In this document: positions 42,083 to 53,342 of the stretch, one piece after another
Layout: each line of letters begins with the position of its first letter
Numbering within the stretch: the first letter of the stretch is position 1
Source of the DNA: an uncultured Spartobacteria bacterium
GTDB taxonomy: Bacteria; Verrucomicrobiota; Verrucomicrobiia; Chthoniobacterales; JAATET01
Reading direction: 5' to 3'
DNA length: 64,000 bases
Assembly: GCA_938011325.1 (NCBI GenBank)
Contig: CALLUD010000006.1
Location: 396,125-460,124 of the forward strand
Program-made: the position numbers and the translations under genes
The notes under the pieces: model-generated
Told to the model about the DNA's origin: nothing
Database searches by the model: none
Seen by the model: only the letters and a program-made list of their open reading frames with translations

Positions 42083-43837
42083 TCAAACTTCCCCCAGCCG
42101 CTTCTGAAGGTCAAGGATTTGTTTATGAAGCTCCGCCACCTCTGAAATTCCGGTTTCGGGCGCCCGCATCTTCGCCTGCAACGCGGCGATCCTTCCCTGA
42201 ATCTGCCGGGCCCGGAGTCCACGCCACGCTTCCTTGACGAGGGACACGGCATCCGCCGGCGCCTTTCCCAGCCGCAAACCCGCCAGCGCCCGCTCCTCCG
42301 GAGCCGGCAAGCTCGCGACAAACGCGGAAAATGCCGCCGGCTCCTCCAGAGCGACCCCCGCCCCGGCCAGCTTGTCCACCAGGGCAAACTCCGCGCCAAA
42401 ATCCGCCGCCGGCGTCTCCTGGGCGCGAATCCACTCGCGAGCAGCCGGCGATACAATCGCCAGCCGGCAGAGCAATCGCGCCGCCTCGGAAAGCTCGATG
42501 GCCTCCACTTCGGCGGGCGCCTCGTCGTCGGGCGCCCGGTCGGTGTCCGGCCGCGGCGCCTTTCGCAGCAATTCCTCGAAGGCCGATTCCGTCAGCTCCA
42601 GCCGGGCCCGCAGGCGCGCTCCAATCGTCTCGCGCAACACGCGATCGTCAACAAGCCGCAGAAACCCGGTCGCGCGCCGCGCCAGGGAGGCGCGTTGCTG
42701 GGGCGAGGCCCCGGGGGGGAGGTTTGCATCCACGAGGTCATCGAAAAAATCGACAGCCCGGTCGAGCACGTCACGCAACGCACCCGCCCCCTGCTCGCGA
42801 ATCAGCGAGTCCGGATCCTGCCCGGCGGGCATCCGGGCGACCTTCACCGCGATGCCAACGCTCAGCAGCGCCGGCAGCGATCGCTCCACGGCGGTGCGGC
42901 CCGCGGCATCCGAGTCGAAGCACATCACTGCGGACTCCGCGAATCGCCTCAACAACCGCGCCTGCTGGGCGGTGAACGCCGTTCCCTGCGGTGCGGTCAC
43001 GTTCTCGATTCCCGCCTCGAACATCGAAATCAGATCGAGTTGCCCCTCGCAAACGATCGCCTCGTTCGCGGCAAGGATCGCGCGCTTCGATTTGTGCAGA
43101 CCAAAGAGCACGCGTCCCTTTGTGAAGAGCGGCGTCTCGGGCGAGTTCACGTATTTGGCGGGATCGTTGCCGAGCGTGCGCCCGCTGAAGGCGATCACCT
43201 CGCCGTAGTCGTTGCAGATCGGAAACATCACGCGATTGCGAAACCGGTCGTAAACGCCGTCGCCACGGTCACGCGTCAGCACGAGGCCGCCCCGGCTGAG
43301 TTCGGCCTCGGAATAGCCCTTTTCGCAAGCCCATTGGGAGAGCGCGCTCCAGTCATCGGGCGCAAAGCCAATCTGCCAGCGCGTGGCGATCTCGCCATTG
43401 ATGCCGCGGCTCTTCAAATACTCGCGCGCGTTCGCCGCGAGCGGGCGTTTCATGAGGTTCCAGTGGAACCACTCCGCCGCATCGCGGTGCAACGCGAGCA
43501 GCCGGTCCCGTTCGCTCCGCCGCTTCTGATCCTCCGGCGACTCCTCCTCGATGGAAATTCCCGCCCGCGCCGCGAGACGCCGCACCGCGGTCGCGAAGTC
43601 CACATTTTCGTAGTCCATCACGAACCGGAAGACGGACCCGCCCGCGCCGCAGCCGAAGCATTTGAAGATCTGCCGCGCCGGATTCACCTGAAACGACGGC
43701 GTCTTCTCGTGATGAAACGGGCACAGCGCCTTCCACGCCGACCCCGAGCGCTTCAGCTGGATGTAGGAGCCCACCACGTCCACGATGTCGCTGGCGGCGG
43801 CAACCTGCTGGATCGTTTCTTCGGAGATGCGGGGCAT
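42083..43837 (-). CDS. dnaG: DNA primase
   Basis: Zinc finger [29 protein letters not shown] and the TOPRIM motif (CEGQLD). Confidence 0.95.
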   Translation of the reverse strand: MPRISEETIQQVAAASDIVDVVGSYIQLKRSGSAWKALCPFHHEKTPSFQVNPARQIFKCFGCGAGGSVFRFVMDYENVDFATAVRRLAARAGISIEEESPEDQKRRSERDRLLALHRDAAEWFHWNLMKRPLAANAREYLKSRGINGEIATRWQIGFAPDDWSALSQWACEKGYSEAELSRGGLVLTRDRGDGVYDRFRNRVMFPICNDYGEVIAFSGRTLGNDPAKYVNSPETPLFTKGRVLFGLHKSKRAILAANEAIVCEGQLDLISMFEAGIENVTAPQGTAFTAQQARLLRRFAESAVMCFDSDAAGRTAVERSLPALLSVGIAVKVARMPAGQDPDSLIREQGAGALRDVLDRAVDFFDDLVDANLPPGASPQQRASLARRATGFLRLVDDRVLRETIGARLRARLELTESAFEELLRKAPRPDTDRAPDDEAPAEVEAIELSEAARLLCRLAIVSPAAREWIRAQETPAADFGAEFALVDKLAGAGVALEEPAAFSAFVASLPAPEERALAGLRLGKAPADAVSLVKEAWRGLRARQIQGRIAALQAKMRAPETGISEVAELHKQILDLQKRLGEV

Positions 43838-43896
43838 GGCGTTGAACTGCGGAAGCGATGGCAGTATTGAACAAGAGGCAACAAAGGAAACGAAGA

Positions 43897-45339
43897 ATGA
43901 TGAATCTCCTCCGCACCTTCCTCCTTTCCTTTGTTTTCGCCGCGGTCGTCTGCCCGAGTGCCTTCTGCGAAGGCATCGAAGAAGGCGACGTCGTCGTGGT
44001 GCCGCTGAGCGGCGAAGTCAACCCTGCACAGGCGATTTTTCTTCGCCGCATCCTGAAGGAGGCCGAAACGGCAAAGGCCGGGGCATTCATCATCGACATG
44101 GATACGCCCGGCGGACGTCTCGACGCGGCGGTCGACATCCTCCAGTTGCTGCTCAAGGCGAACATCCCCACCTATACGTGGGTCAATGACGACGCGGGCA
44201 GCGCGGGCGCCCTCATCGCTCTCGGGAGCGACCACATTTACATGGCGCCGGTCAGCGCGATCGGTGCGGCGGCACCGGTGAGCGGCGAAGGCATGGACCT
44301 CGCCGAGACGATGAAATCGAAGGTCGTCTCGTATTTCTCCGGCTACTTCCGCAGCGCCGCCGAAGCCAAGGGCCGCAATCCCGAACTCGCCGAAGCCTTC
44401 ATCGACAGCGAAAAGGAATTCAAGGTCGGCGACGAAGTCATCAGTCCCGCCGGATCGCTGCTCACGCTCAGCGCGCAGGAGGCGACGCGGAAATTCGACG
44501 ACAAGCCGCTGCTTGCGGACGGCATCGCCGGCAGCGTCGAACAATTGAAGAGCGAGGCGAAGCTGACCGGCCCGACCGTCGTCATCGAGCCGAGCGGCTT
44601 CGAGCGGCTTGCCTTGTGGATCACGACGCTGGCGCCGTTCCTCATGTTTGCGGGGATCGCGGCGGCGTATCTGGAATTCAAGACGCCCGGCTTCGGTGTG
44701 GCGGGAGTGGTTTCGATCCTGTGCTTCGCGATCTACTTTTTCGGCCATTACATCGCGGGGCTCACCGGTTTCGAAACACCCGCGGTCTTCCTGCTCGGCG
44801 CACTGCTCGTCCTCGTGGAAGTCTTGTTTTTCCCGGGCGTGATGTTCGTCGCCGCCCTCGGGGTGGCCTTGATGCTGGGCGCTCTGCTCTTTGCGATGAT
44901 CGACCAGTTTCCCGGTGAACCGGTCATTCCGAGTGCCGAGGCATTCGCGGTGCCGGCACTGAATCTCGCCCTCGCGATCGCGCTTTCCGTGATCGCAATC
45001 GCCCTGCTCTCCCGCTTCTTTCCGAACCTGCCCATTTTCCGGCGGCTCATCCTCGCCACCAGCTCGCCATCCGGCGCTTCGCTCACCACCGGGCACGATT
45101 CCCAGCCCGCCATTCGCGCAGGCGACCGGGGCGTGGCGCACACTGCGCTCCGCCCGGCGGGCAAGGCGCTCATTGGTTCGACGCTCGTCGATGTGGTCAC
45201 GACCGGAGATTTCCTTCCCGCGGAAACCCCCGTCGTGATCTGCACGGTGGAAGGCAATCGGGTGGTGGTCGAACAGGCCGTCGAAGAGGAAGCGAGGGCA
45301 TCCGGCCCGTCGGAAAACGAGCGGCACCAAACCGCGTGA
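43897..45339 (+). CDS. NfeD-family membrane-bound ClpP-class serine protease
   Basis: VVVPLSGEVNPAQAIFLRRILKEAE...IIDMDTPGGRLDAA...AGSAGALIALGSDHIYMAP, central TM segments and a C-terminal OB-like segment. An alternative ATG lies at 43858. Confidence 0.85.
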   Translation: MMNLLRTFLLSFVFAAVVCPSAFCEGIEEGDVVVVPLSGEVNPAQAIFLRRILKEAETAKAGAFIIDMDTPGGRLDAAVDILQLLLKANIPTYTWVNDDAGSAGALIALGSDHIYMAPVSAIGAAAPVSGEGMDLAETMKSKVVSYFSGYFRSAAEAKGRNPELAEAFIDSEKEFKVGDEVISPAGSLLTLSAQEATRKFDDKPLLADGIAGSVEQLKSEAKLTGPTVVIEPSGFERLALWITTLAPFLMFAGIAAAYLEFKTPGFGVAGVVSILCFAIYFFGHYIAGLTGFETPAVFLLGALLVLVEVLFFPGVMFVAALGVALMLGALLFAMIDQFPGEPVIPSAEAFAVPALNLALAIALSVIAIALLSRFFPNLPIFRRLILATSSPSGASLTTGHDSQPAIRAGDRGVAHTALRPAGKALIGSTLVDVVTTGDFLPAETPVVICTVEGNRVVVEQAVEEEARASGPSENERHQTA

Positions 45340-45412
45340 GCGAAGATTGCGCCGCCAGCCGGCGCGGCGTTCTTGAGTTTTTGTCGCGAACCCGCGATTC
45401 TCAGATTCCCCC

Positions 45413-46996
45413 ATGCCGATCCATCGCAAGAAGCGAAGAAGTCATTATCTCCCCGCACCGCTGCTGCTCACGATGGCATTTTTCGAGGGCGCCGCGGTCA
45501 TGGCCTGTGAGCTTCTCGGCGCCAAGCTCACCGCCCCCTACTTTGGCAGTTCCATCTACGTCTGGGCCGCCGTGCTCGGAATCACCCTCACCGCCCTGAT
45601 GAGCGGCTACTACCTCGGAGGATATCTCTCCGAGAAGATCGACAAACCGCAGCTCCTGCCGATCGTGCTGTCGATCGCCGGCGGCCTGCTCACCATCATG
45701 CCGTTCACGAGCCAGCTCGTGATGCGTGCAACGATCGACCTGAGTGTGCAGCTCGGCGCCACGCTCGCGCTCTCGTGCTTCATGCTGCCGCCGCTTCTCT
45801 TCATGGGAATGTCGTCGCCGATCATCATCAACCTCCTCAACCGGCGCGTGGAAACCTCCGGAAAAACCGCCGGCTCGGTTTACGCGATCTCGACCCTCGG
45901 CGGCATTCTCTCGACGTTCCTCATGGGCTTCTCGTTGATGCCCCGGTTCGGCCTGCGCCTGCCCGCGCTGATCTTTGGATCGATCCTGATCATCCTCTGC
46001 ATGATTCCCCTGATCCGGGGCCGGAAGATCGCCTACGCCTCCATTTCGTTGATCTTCCTGATCATCGCGATTGGCAGCCTGTTCATTGGCAATCGCACGA
46101 GCACCGACACCGTGAAGATCCTCGACATCTCGGAGGGCGTGCTGGGCCAGATCAAGGTCGTCGATCTCAAACGCACGGAAGACGGGCAGGAGAAAACCCG
46201 TCGGGTTCTTCTCGTGAACAACATCCTCCAGACCGGCATGGATCTCGACGACCCGACACTCTCGCAATCGAGCTACATCCTCGCCTACGCCGCGGCGGCG
46301 AGCATCTTTCCAAAGGGCAGCAAGGCCCTGGTGCTGGGGCTCGGCGGCGGTGCGCTCGTGCGGCACTTCGAAAAATTCGGCTTCGACATCGCGGCGGTCG
46401 AGATCGACCCGCGTATTCGCGACGCCGCGATGCGGCATTTCCAGATCAGCCCGAAGATGTCCGTCACGATCGACGACGCGCGCCATTTCCTGAATCAGTC
46501 GAACGATCAATACGACCTCATCGCGCTCGACCTCTTCCTCAGCGAATCGCTGCCCGCCGAGGTGCTCAGCCTCGAGGGATTGTTGGAGGCGAAGCGAAAC
46601 CTGAAACCCGACGGCGTCCTGGCGATCAATTTTCCAAACGACCCCCGCACGCCGGAAGGCCGCCTCACCCGCTCCTTCATTCACACGCTGCGGAAGGCCG
46701 GCTTCCAGGTGAAGTGCCTGCTCACTCCGGAGAAGATGAACGCCCTCATCCTCGCCAGCCCGGAGGGCCGCGATTTCTCCTCCGTTGATTACACCGAAGG
46801 CAATCTCACGCTCCGGAACCTCGAGAAACTCTTCCTCGATCTGGACGCCATCGACTTCTCCGACGCGGTCGTTCTCGACGACGCGCACTCGCAATTCGAA
46901 ACGCTGCACGCAAATGGCGCGCTCGAATGGCGAAACTCCGCGCGCCAGCAGGTGAAGCGATTGTTCGTCGACGGGAACCTGAAAATGGTCCAGTAG
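45413..46996 (+). CDS. Fused polytopic-membrane / spermidine-synthase-like methyltransferase-fold protein
   Basis: About seven N-terminal TM segments, then LVLGLGGGALV...VEIDPRI...YDLIALDLF (spermidine synthase-like). Confidence 0.8.
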   Translation: MPIHRKKRRSHYLPAPLLLTMAFFEGAAVMACELLGAKLTAPYFGSSIYVWAAVLGITLTALMSGYYLGGYLSEKIDKPQLLPIVLSIAGGLLTIMPFTSQLVMRATIDLSVQLGATLALSCFMLPPLLFMGMSSPIIINLLNRRVETSGKTAGSVYAISTLGGILSTFLMGFSLMPRFGLRLPALIFGSILIILCMIPLIRGRKIAYASISLIFLIIAIGSLFIGNRTSTDTVKILDISEGVLGQIKVVDLKRTEDGQEKTRRVLLVNNILQTGMDLDDPTLSQSSYILAYAAAASIFPKGSKALVLGLGGGALVRHFEKFGFDIAAVEIDPRIRDAAMRHFQISPKMSVTIDDARHFLNQSNDQYDLIALDLFLSESLPAEVLSLEGLLEAKRNLKPDGVLAINFPNDPRTPEGRLTRSFIHTLRKAGFQVKCLLTPEKMNALILASPEGRDFSSVDYTEGNLTLRNLEKLFLDLDAIDFSDAVVLDDAHSQFETLHANGALEWRNSARQQVKRLFVDGNLKMVQ

Positions 46997-47000
46997 CGGG

Positions 47001-49040
47001 TTACCAGATTTCCACCCGCTCGTCGTCGCGGCGCTTCATTTTCGCATCCGGCGGTGCGCCAAACGCCTCGAAGAACTCCGGCAGGTTCGCCAGCGTGCCC
47101 ATCACTCGATACTGCGGCGGCGAATGCGGGTCCGTCTTCAATCGCAGCTTCATCTCCTCGTCGCGCTGGTTCGTGCGCCAGACCTGCGCAAACGACAGGA
47201 AGAACCGCTGACGCCAGTCGAAGCCGTCGATCTTCGGCGGCTCCGGCTTGCCTTCGAGCGACTTTCGCAGCGCCGCCTCCGCAATCTTCAACCCGCCGAG
47301 ATCGGCAATGTTTTCGCCGGCGGTGAGGCGACCGTCGATGTTCAGTCCGTCGATCACCGTGTAGCCGTCAAACTGGTCAATGATCGCCTGCGATCGCGCC
47401 TCGAAGTTTCTCAAATCCTCCTCGGTCCACCAATTGCGCAGGTTTCCGTCCGCGTCGAACTTCCGCCCCGAGTCGTCGAACCCGTGCGTCATCTCGTGCC
47501 CGATCACGGAGCCGATTCCGCCGTAGTTCACCGCATCGTCCGCCTTCGGATCAAAGAATGGCGGCTGGAGAATGCCCGCCGGGAATACAATCTCATTCAT
47601 CGACGCGTTGTAGTAGGCGTTCACCGTCGGCGGGGTCATGTGCCACTCGTCGCGATCGACCGGCTTGCCGATCTTCGCGAGGTCCCGGTGAAATTCGAAC
47701 GCGTTCGCGCGAAAGACGTTCTCGACGTAGGAGTCACGATTGATTTCCAGCCCGCTGTAGTCGCGCCATTTGTCGGGATAGCCGATCTTCACGCGAAAGC
47801 CGTCGAGTTTCCGGAGCGCTGCCTGCTTCGTTTCATCGCTCATCCAGTCCAGTTCCTTGATTCGGTCGCGCAGGGCCTCGCGCAGGTTCTCGACAAGTTC
47901 CAGCGCCTGCTTCTTCGCCTCGGAGCTGAAATTCTCCCTCACATAAAGCTGCCCCACGGCTTCTCCGATGCAGTCGTCCACCGTGGTCATCACGCGTTTC
48001 CAGCGCGGCTTCAGCTCCTCAACGCCGGTGAGCTCGCGTCCGTAAAAGTCGAATGACTCATCGACGAATGCCCTGCCGAGATACGGCGCTGCGGCGGAGA
48101 CGAGATGCCAGCGAAGATACGTCTTCCAATCCTCCAGCGACACCTCCTGCACCGCCTTGCTCAAAGCGGAGAAAAACTCGGGCTGCGCGACATTCACCTC
48201 CGGTGGCGCGTCGATTTTCAACTCGGCAAGAAAGGCGCCCCAGTCGAAACCTGGCATCAACTTCCGCACCTCGTCGAAGGTCATCTTGTGATACGTCGCG
48301 TCGGGGTCGCGGCACAGCACCTTCGACATCGACGCCTCCGCAAGCCGCGTCTCGAAATCGAGAATGGTCCGCGCCTTTGCCTGCGGATCCTCTTCACCAA
48401 TCAGCGCCAGCATCTTCGCGATGTGCTCGACGTAGGCGGCCCGCAGATTCCTCGAGTCCTCGTCGTCGTTGAGGTAGTAGTCGCGGTCCGGCAGCCCGAG
48501 TCCGCCCTGCCAGCAGATGCCAATCACCGACTCGCTGTCCTTCGCATCCTGGTCCGAGCCGAAATAAAATCCCGCAGTCGCACCCAGCTCCATCCATCGC
48601 GCCAGCGCGGCGGCAAGATCACTGGTGTTCTTGATCGCGGCCACGCGCTTCAGCTCCGGCTCGATTGGTTGAATCCCCGCCTTCTCGATGGCCGCCTCGT
48701 CCATTCCCGAGGCGTAGAAGTCGCCCACCATCTGCGTCGGACTCCCCTTCGGCGCGTCCTTGGTGGCTGCGGCCTCCTCCATGATTCGATGGAGTGCGGC
48801 GTTGTTTCGCTCGGCGAGCTCGGTAAACGCTCCCCACGAACTGTAATCGGCGGGAATCGGATGGTTCTTCAGCCAGCCGCCGTTCGCGTATTGGTAGAAG
48901 TTCTCCCACGGCTTCACCGAAAAATCCATGTTCGCCGGATCGATCGGCTTTTCCTGAGGCTTGACCTCGATTTCGCCGGCAAAGGCGACGGGAAGAACGG
49001 CACAACAGAGGAACGCAACAACGCGCATCGCCGGGAACAT
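47001..49040 (-). CDS. M13-family zinc metallopeptidase (PepO/neprilysin-like)
   Basis: HEMTHGFD, NAYY, GENIADLGG. Signal peptide MRVVAFLCCAVLPVAFA. The start is at 49040 or 49028. Confidence 0.9.
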   Translation of the reverse strand: MFPAMRVVAFLCCAVLPVAFAGEIEVKPQEKPIDPANMDFSVKPWENFYQYANGGWLKNHPIPADYSSWGAFTELAERNNAALHRIMEEAAATKDAPKGSPTQMVGDFYASGMDEAAIEKAGIQPIEPELKRVAAIKNTSDLAAALARWMELGATAGFYFGSDQDAKDSESVIGICWQGGLGLPDRDYYLNDDEDSRNLRAAYVEHIAKMLALIGEEDPQAKARTILDFETRLAEASMSKVLCRDPDATYHKMTFDEVRKLMPGFDWGAFLAELKIDAPPEVNVAQPEFFSALSKAVQEVSLEDWKTYLRWHLVSAAAPYLGRAFVDESFDFYGRELTGVEELKPRWKRVMTTVDDCIGEAVGQLYVRENFSSEAKKQALELVENLREALRDRIKELDWMSDETKQAALRKLDGFRVKIGYPDKWRDYSGLEINRDSYVENVFRANAFEFHRDLAKIGKPVDRDEWHMTPPTVNAYYNASMNEIVFPAGILQPPFFDPKADDAVNYGGIGSVIGHEMTHGFDDSGRKFDADGNLRNWWTEEDLRNFEARSQAIIDQFDGYTVIDGLNIDGRLTAGENIADLGGLKIAEAALRKSLEGKPEPPKIDGFDWRQRFFLSFAQVWRTNQRDEEMKLRLKTDPHSPPQYRVMGTLANLPEFFEAFGAPPDAKMKRRDDERVEIW

Positions 49041-49117
49041 AGCCCGGGCGGCCAAACTGCCAAACAATTCTGCTTTTCCTCCGCGCGCTTCGTGTGCTCT
49101 GTGGAAGACTGCTCGAA

Positions 49118-50338
49118 ATGAAAATCGTCGTCGCATACTCCGGCGGGCTCGATACGTCCGTCCTTCTCAACTGGCTCAAGGAAACCTACTCCGCGGAAGT
49201 CATCGCGTTTTGCGCGGACATCGGACAGGAGGAGGAACTCGAAGGGCTTGAGGAGAAGGCGCTGAAAACCGGCGCGTCGAAGTGCTACATCGACAATCTC
49301 CAGGAAGAGTTCGCGCGGGATTTCATCTTCCCGATGATGCAGGCGGGCGCGATTTACGAAGGCCAGTATTTCCTCGGCACCAGCATCGCGCGGCCGCTGA
49401 TCGCCAAGCGAATGGTCGACATCGCGAAGACCGAGGGCGCCGATGCCATCGCCCACGGAGCCACGGGCAAGGGCAACGACCAGATCCGGTTCGAACTCAC
49501 CGCCGCCGCCCTCGCGCCGGAGCTGGAGGTCATCGCGCCGTGGCGGCAGGAGCGTTTTCGCAAGCAGTTCCCCGGTCGCAGCGAGATGATCGCGTATTGC
49601 GCCGAGCACGGCATCAACGTCGAGGCCAGTGCGAAGAAGCCCTACTCGATGGATCGCAACCTCCTGCACATCTCGTATGAGAGCGGCATCCTCGAGGACC
49701 CGTGGTTCGACGCGTCGGCCGAGGAAAACAAGGGCATGTTCAAGTTGTCGGTGGCGCCCGAGGACGCGCCGAACGAGCCAGAGTATGTCGAGCTCGCCTT
49801 CGAGCAGGGCAACTGCGTCGCCGTGAACGGCGAAAAATTGTCGCCCCTCGGCGTAATGAAGAAGCTCAACGCGCTTGGCGGCAGGCACGGCGTGGGCCGT
49901 GTCGACATGGTGGAAAACCGCTTTGTCGGCATGAAGAGCCGCGGCGTTTACGAGACCCCGGGCGGCGCAATCCTGCACTTCGCGCACCGGCAGATGGAAA
50001 GCCTCACGATGGACCGCGAGGTCATGCACCTGCGCGACTCGCTTATCCCGAAATACGCCACTCTCGTTTACAACGGCTTCTGGTTCGCCCCCGAGCGCGA
50101 GGCCATCCAGGCGCTCGTGACCGAGTCGCAGAAAAACGTCACCGGCGACGTGCGTGTGAAGCTCTACAAGGGCAACATCATCGCCGCCGGCCGGCGCAGC
50201 CCCGTGTCGCTCTACAATCCGCACATCGCCACGATGGAGGCCGATCCCACACAGGCCTACAATCAGGACGATGCCACGGGCTTCATCCGGCTGAACGCCC
50301 TCCGCTTGAAGGTGGAAGCCCGCGTCGCCGGGCAATAG
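49118..50338 (+). CDS. argG: Argininosuccinate synthase
   Basis: [37 protein letters not shown]. Confidence 0.95.
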   Translation: MKIVVAYSGGLDTSVLLNWLKETYSAEVIAFCADIGQEEELEGLEEKALKTGASKCYIDNLQEEFARDFIFPMMQAGAIYEGQYFLGTSIARPLIAKRMVDIAKTEGADAIAHGATGKGNDQIRFELTAAALAPELEVIAPWRQERFRKQFPGRSEMIAYCAEHGINVEASAKKPYSMDRNLLHISYESGILEDPWFDASAEENKGMFKLSVAPEDAPNEPEYVELAFEQGNCVAVNGEKLSPLGVMKKLNALGGRHGVGRVDMVENRFVGMKSRGVYETPGGAILHFAHRQMESLTMDREVMHLRDSLIPKYATLVYNGFWFAPEREAIQALVTESQKNVTGDVRVKLYKGNIIAAGRRSPVSLYNPHIATMEADPTQAYNQDDATGFIRLNALRLKVEARVAGQ

Positions 50339-50933
50339 CCGCCGGTTGACTCCGGCCAAAACCTCCCCTTGCGGAGTATCAGGAGGTGGATAGTGTAATC
50401 TCCTGACTGACCGGGGATACCTTCCGGATGCCCACACTGCTCGCCGCCCTCACTTTGTTTCTTGCCTCGGCAGGAGTGGAACCCGCATCCCCGGAGAAAC
50501 GCGATGCGCCGACTGACTGCGCGCCCGAGCATTCCTCGCAAAATCTCACCGAGCAACCGGTGGCATCGGACCGTGGCCTGCTCGAAGAGCCTACCGGGCT
50601 TTTCGCCGGCATCCCGCACGCCCACCCTGTTCCGGCCCCCTGTTCGGTTGCAAAAGAGCCAGGGCAGGTTTCATCCAACGCACACAGACTCGATCCCGGC
50701 CCCACCGCGCTAAGCCCTCCCCTTGGCGATTCCCAGGAACGCTCCCCGTTTCCCCGTAGCTTGGGTCCGTCATCAGCTCTCGTTCGCGAACCTCTCTCCG
50801 CTCCGCCGGCTCTTCGTTCTTTCCTCCCGGCCAAAACCACCACAATCCGCGCCAGCACGGTGGTCCGAGCGCACTTCGTGTTCCGTGACACGGTCTTCGT
50901 GCCGCCCTCTTCGATCCGTTCATCCTTTTCCGC

Positions 50934-53330
50934 ATGAAATTCCGCCTGCTCCTCGCCGCCTGCTCGCTTGTCCACGCCGCCACCGCCCAGACGCTTGTCA
51001 CCGACTTCCCGGTTACGGATGGCTCTGTGGAGGCCGTTCTCTACGTGCCCGAGACGAACGAAATCGTGATCGGCGGCTCGTTCACGCGCATCGGTCCCTT
51101 CACCGGCTCCTTCGTTGGCCTCGACCGGACGACCGGAGAATGGAGCACGCCGAGCTTCCCGAAGCCGAACGGTCCCGTCCTCACCGCACTGCCCGACGGC
51201 CAGGGCGGCTGGTATCTCGGCGGCGAGTTCACCGAGGTCGGCGGCCAGCCGCGCGAAAGCCTTGCACACATCCTGCCCAACGGCACCGTGGACCCCGCCT
51301 GGGCCCCCGCCGTCCGGACCAACAACCCTGCCCGGACCGCAAGAGTCATGGCCATGGTCATTCAAGGCGACCTGCTCTACATCGGAGGCGACTTTGAATC
51401 CGTGGGCGGATTCCCTCGACAGTGCCTCGCCGCCGTCAGTCTCGTCACTGGCGCCACCACCCCGTTCAACCCCGGCGTGACGGGAGAACCCGACGCGCCT
51501 TCCGTTCGCGCGCTCGCAGCCGACACCCTCAACCTCTACGTGGGCGGCTACGGCCTCACCACCATCGGCGGCGCGCCGCGCAACAACCTCGCTGCGATCA
51601 ATCTCTCCACCGGCCTCGCGACCGCGTGGAATCCCAATCCCGACGGTCACGTCGAGGAACTCGTTCTCGACGGCGGAGAAATTCTCGTCGGCGGCAATTT
51701 CACCACCATCGGCAACGCCGAGCGCTTGAATCTCGCCGCCGTGAACCTCACCAGCGGGCTCGCCTCCACCTTTTTCACGCCGGACCCCAACGGCACCGTC
51801 CACACGATCGCCGTGAGCGGAGCCGCCGTCTATCTCGGCGGCTTTTTCAGCAACGCCGGCGGCCAGGCCCGGCAGAATCTCGCCGCGGTCAATCGCACCA
51901 CCGGCCTTGCGCAGACGTGGGCTCCGACCACGGACGACACCGTCTTCGACCTCCATCTCGCGGGGGATTCCGTTTATATCGGCGGCCCATTTTCTGCCGT
52001 GAATGGCGTGCCGACGCCCCGCCTCGCCCAACTCCACGCGGTCACCGGCGATCGCATCGACTGGGCTCCCAGACCGGATGGCCTGCCTTACGTCGTCATC
52101 GCCACGCCCGGCACGATCTTCGCCGGCGGCTCCATCCAGACCGTCGGTGGCGTCGCCCGGAGAAATCTCGCCTCGCTCGACGCCACCACCGGCGCGATCG
52201 GCAGGTTCAACTCCGAGGTCGACGACACCGTCCGCGTGTTGACGCGTCTGGGCAACACCATCTTCGCCGGCGGTGCATTCGACACCGTGGATGGCCAGGC
52301 CCGGCAGGGTCTCGCGGCCTTCGGCATCGACGGCACCCTCCGGGCCACCGACTTCCCCGCCGTGATCGGCGGCAGTGTGGATGCCTTCGCCGCGGATGGC
52401 ACCTCGAACACCCTCCTCGTCGGAGGCGCGTTCCAGGTCATCGGCGCCACCGAGCGCCCCTTCCTCGCCGAGATTGATCTCGCCACCGGCACGCTCACCA
52501 ACTGGAACCCCGCCCCCGACGGCCGTGTAAACGCCATCCTGCTCGACGGATCGGTCGCCTTCATCGGCGGAGACTTCGATTCCTTCGGCGGCCAGGCCCG
52601 GCAGAATCTCGCCGCCATCTCCCGCTCCACCGGCCTCGCGACCGCATGGCAGGCGAATGCGAGCCAGGCTGTCCACGCCCTCGGCCGCAACGGTGGCACA
52701 CTCTATGTCGCCGGCCGGTTCACCACCCTCAAGGGCGAAGGCCGCGGCCGCCTCGGCGCGCTGGACACTGCGACAGGAAACCTCCTCCCCTGGTCCCCCA
52801 CCGCCAACGACGGCGTGGTAAACACCCTCCTCATCGGCGGGACCACCGCCTATGTCGGTGGATCGTGGAGGCAGTTCGACGGCGCGGCCTCGCCCGCTCT
52901 CCGCGAGGTCGGTCTCGTGAGCGGTGTCGAGCCGGCGTTTCTCCAGCCCTTCACAGGCGCCATCAATGCCCTCGCCGCCTCACCCACCCGCCTCTTCGCC
53001 GTCGGCAACATGGACCACCTCGGCGACGGCCGCGGGAACCTCGCCGCCTTCGACCTCCCCCAACCGCCCCCCGGGAAGCCCACCATCACGGCCAAAGGCA
53101 AAACCAAGCGCACGACGAAAAAATCCAGGATCACTCTCAAAGGCACCTCTACCGACGCCACGCTCGTCGAGTTCAAGGTTGGCGACGCCGGCTTCAAAAA
53201 AGCCAAGGGCAGTCCCGCAAACTGGAAGGCCACGGTAAGACCCAAGCCCGGCAAAACCATTGTGAAATTCCGCGCCTCCGGCCCCGGCGGAACGTCGAAG
53301 ATTCTGAAGTTTCGGATCCTGCGGAAATAA
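50934..53330 (+). CDS. Secreted protein with about 15 tandem beta-propeller repeats (delta-60/DUF5122-like) and a Lys-rich C-terminal Ig-like module
   Basis: Signal peptide MKFRLLLAACSLVHAATAQ. A repeat of roughly 48 aa recurs: ..V.AL...G..LY.GG.F..VGG..R..LAA....TG....W.P... The protein ends ...ITLKGTSTDATLVEFKVGDAGFKKAKG..WKATV....KTIVKFRASGPGGTSKILKFRILRK. Confidence 0.85.
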   Translation: MKFRLLLAACSLVHAATAQTLVTDFPVTDGSVEAVLYVPETNEIVIGGSFTRIGPFTGSFVGLDRTTGEWSTPSFPKPNGPVLTALPDGQGGWYLGGEFTEVGGQPRESLAHILPNGTVDPAWAPAVRTNNPARTARVMAMVIQGDLLYIGGDFESVGGFPRQCLAAVSLVTGATTPFNPGVTGEPDAPSVRALAADTLNLYVGGYGLTTIGGAPRNNLAAINLSTGLATAWNPNPDGHVEELVLDGGEILVGGNFTTIGNAERLNLAAVNLTSGLASTFFTPDPNGTVHTIAVSGAAVYLGGFFSNAGGQARQNLAAVNRTTGLAQTWAPTTDDTVFDLHLAGDSVYIGGPFSAVNGVPTPRLAQLHAVTGDRIDWAPRPDGLPYVVIATPGTIFAGGSIQTVGGVARRNLASLDATTGAIGRFNSEVDDTVRVLTRLGNTIFAGGAFDTVDGQARQGLAAFGIDGTLRATDFPAVIGGSVDAFAADGTSNTLLVGGAFQVIGATERPFLAEIDLATGTLTNWNPAPDGRVNAILLDGSVAFIGGDFDSFGGQARQNLAAISRSTGLATAWQANASQAVHALGRNGGTLYVAGRFTTLKGEGRGRLGALDTATGNLLPWSPTANDGVVNTLLIGGTTAYVGGSWRQFDGAASPALREVGLVSGVEPAFLQPFTGAINALAASPTRLFAVGNMDHLGDGRGNLAAFDLPQPPPGKPTITAKGKTKRTTKKSRITLKGTSTDATLVEFKVGDAGFKKAKGSPANWKATVRPKPGKTIVKFRASGPGGTSKILKFRILRK

Positions 53331-53342
53331 ACCCTGCACACG

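Noticed and set aside
50428-50937. 169-aa Pro/Ser-rich ORF, considered as a confident CDS.
   Set aside because: Its codon bias is clearly weaker than in neighbouring genes and the sequence is low-complexity. I kept it only as a question in the findings and do not annotate it.
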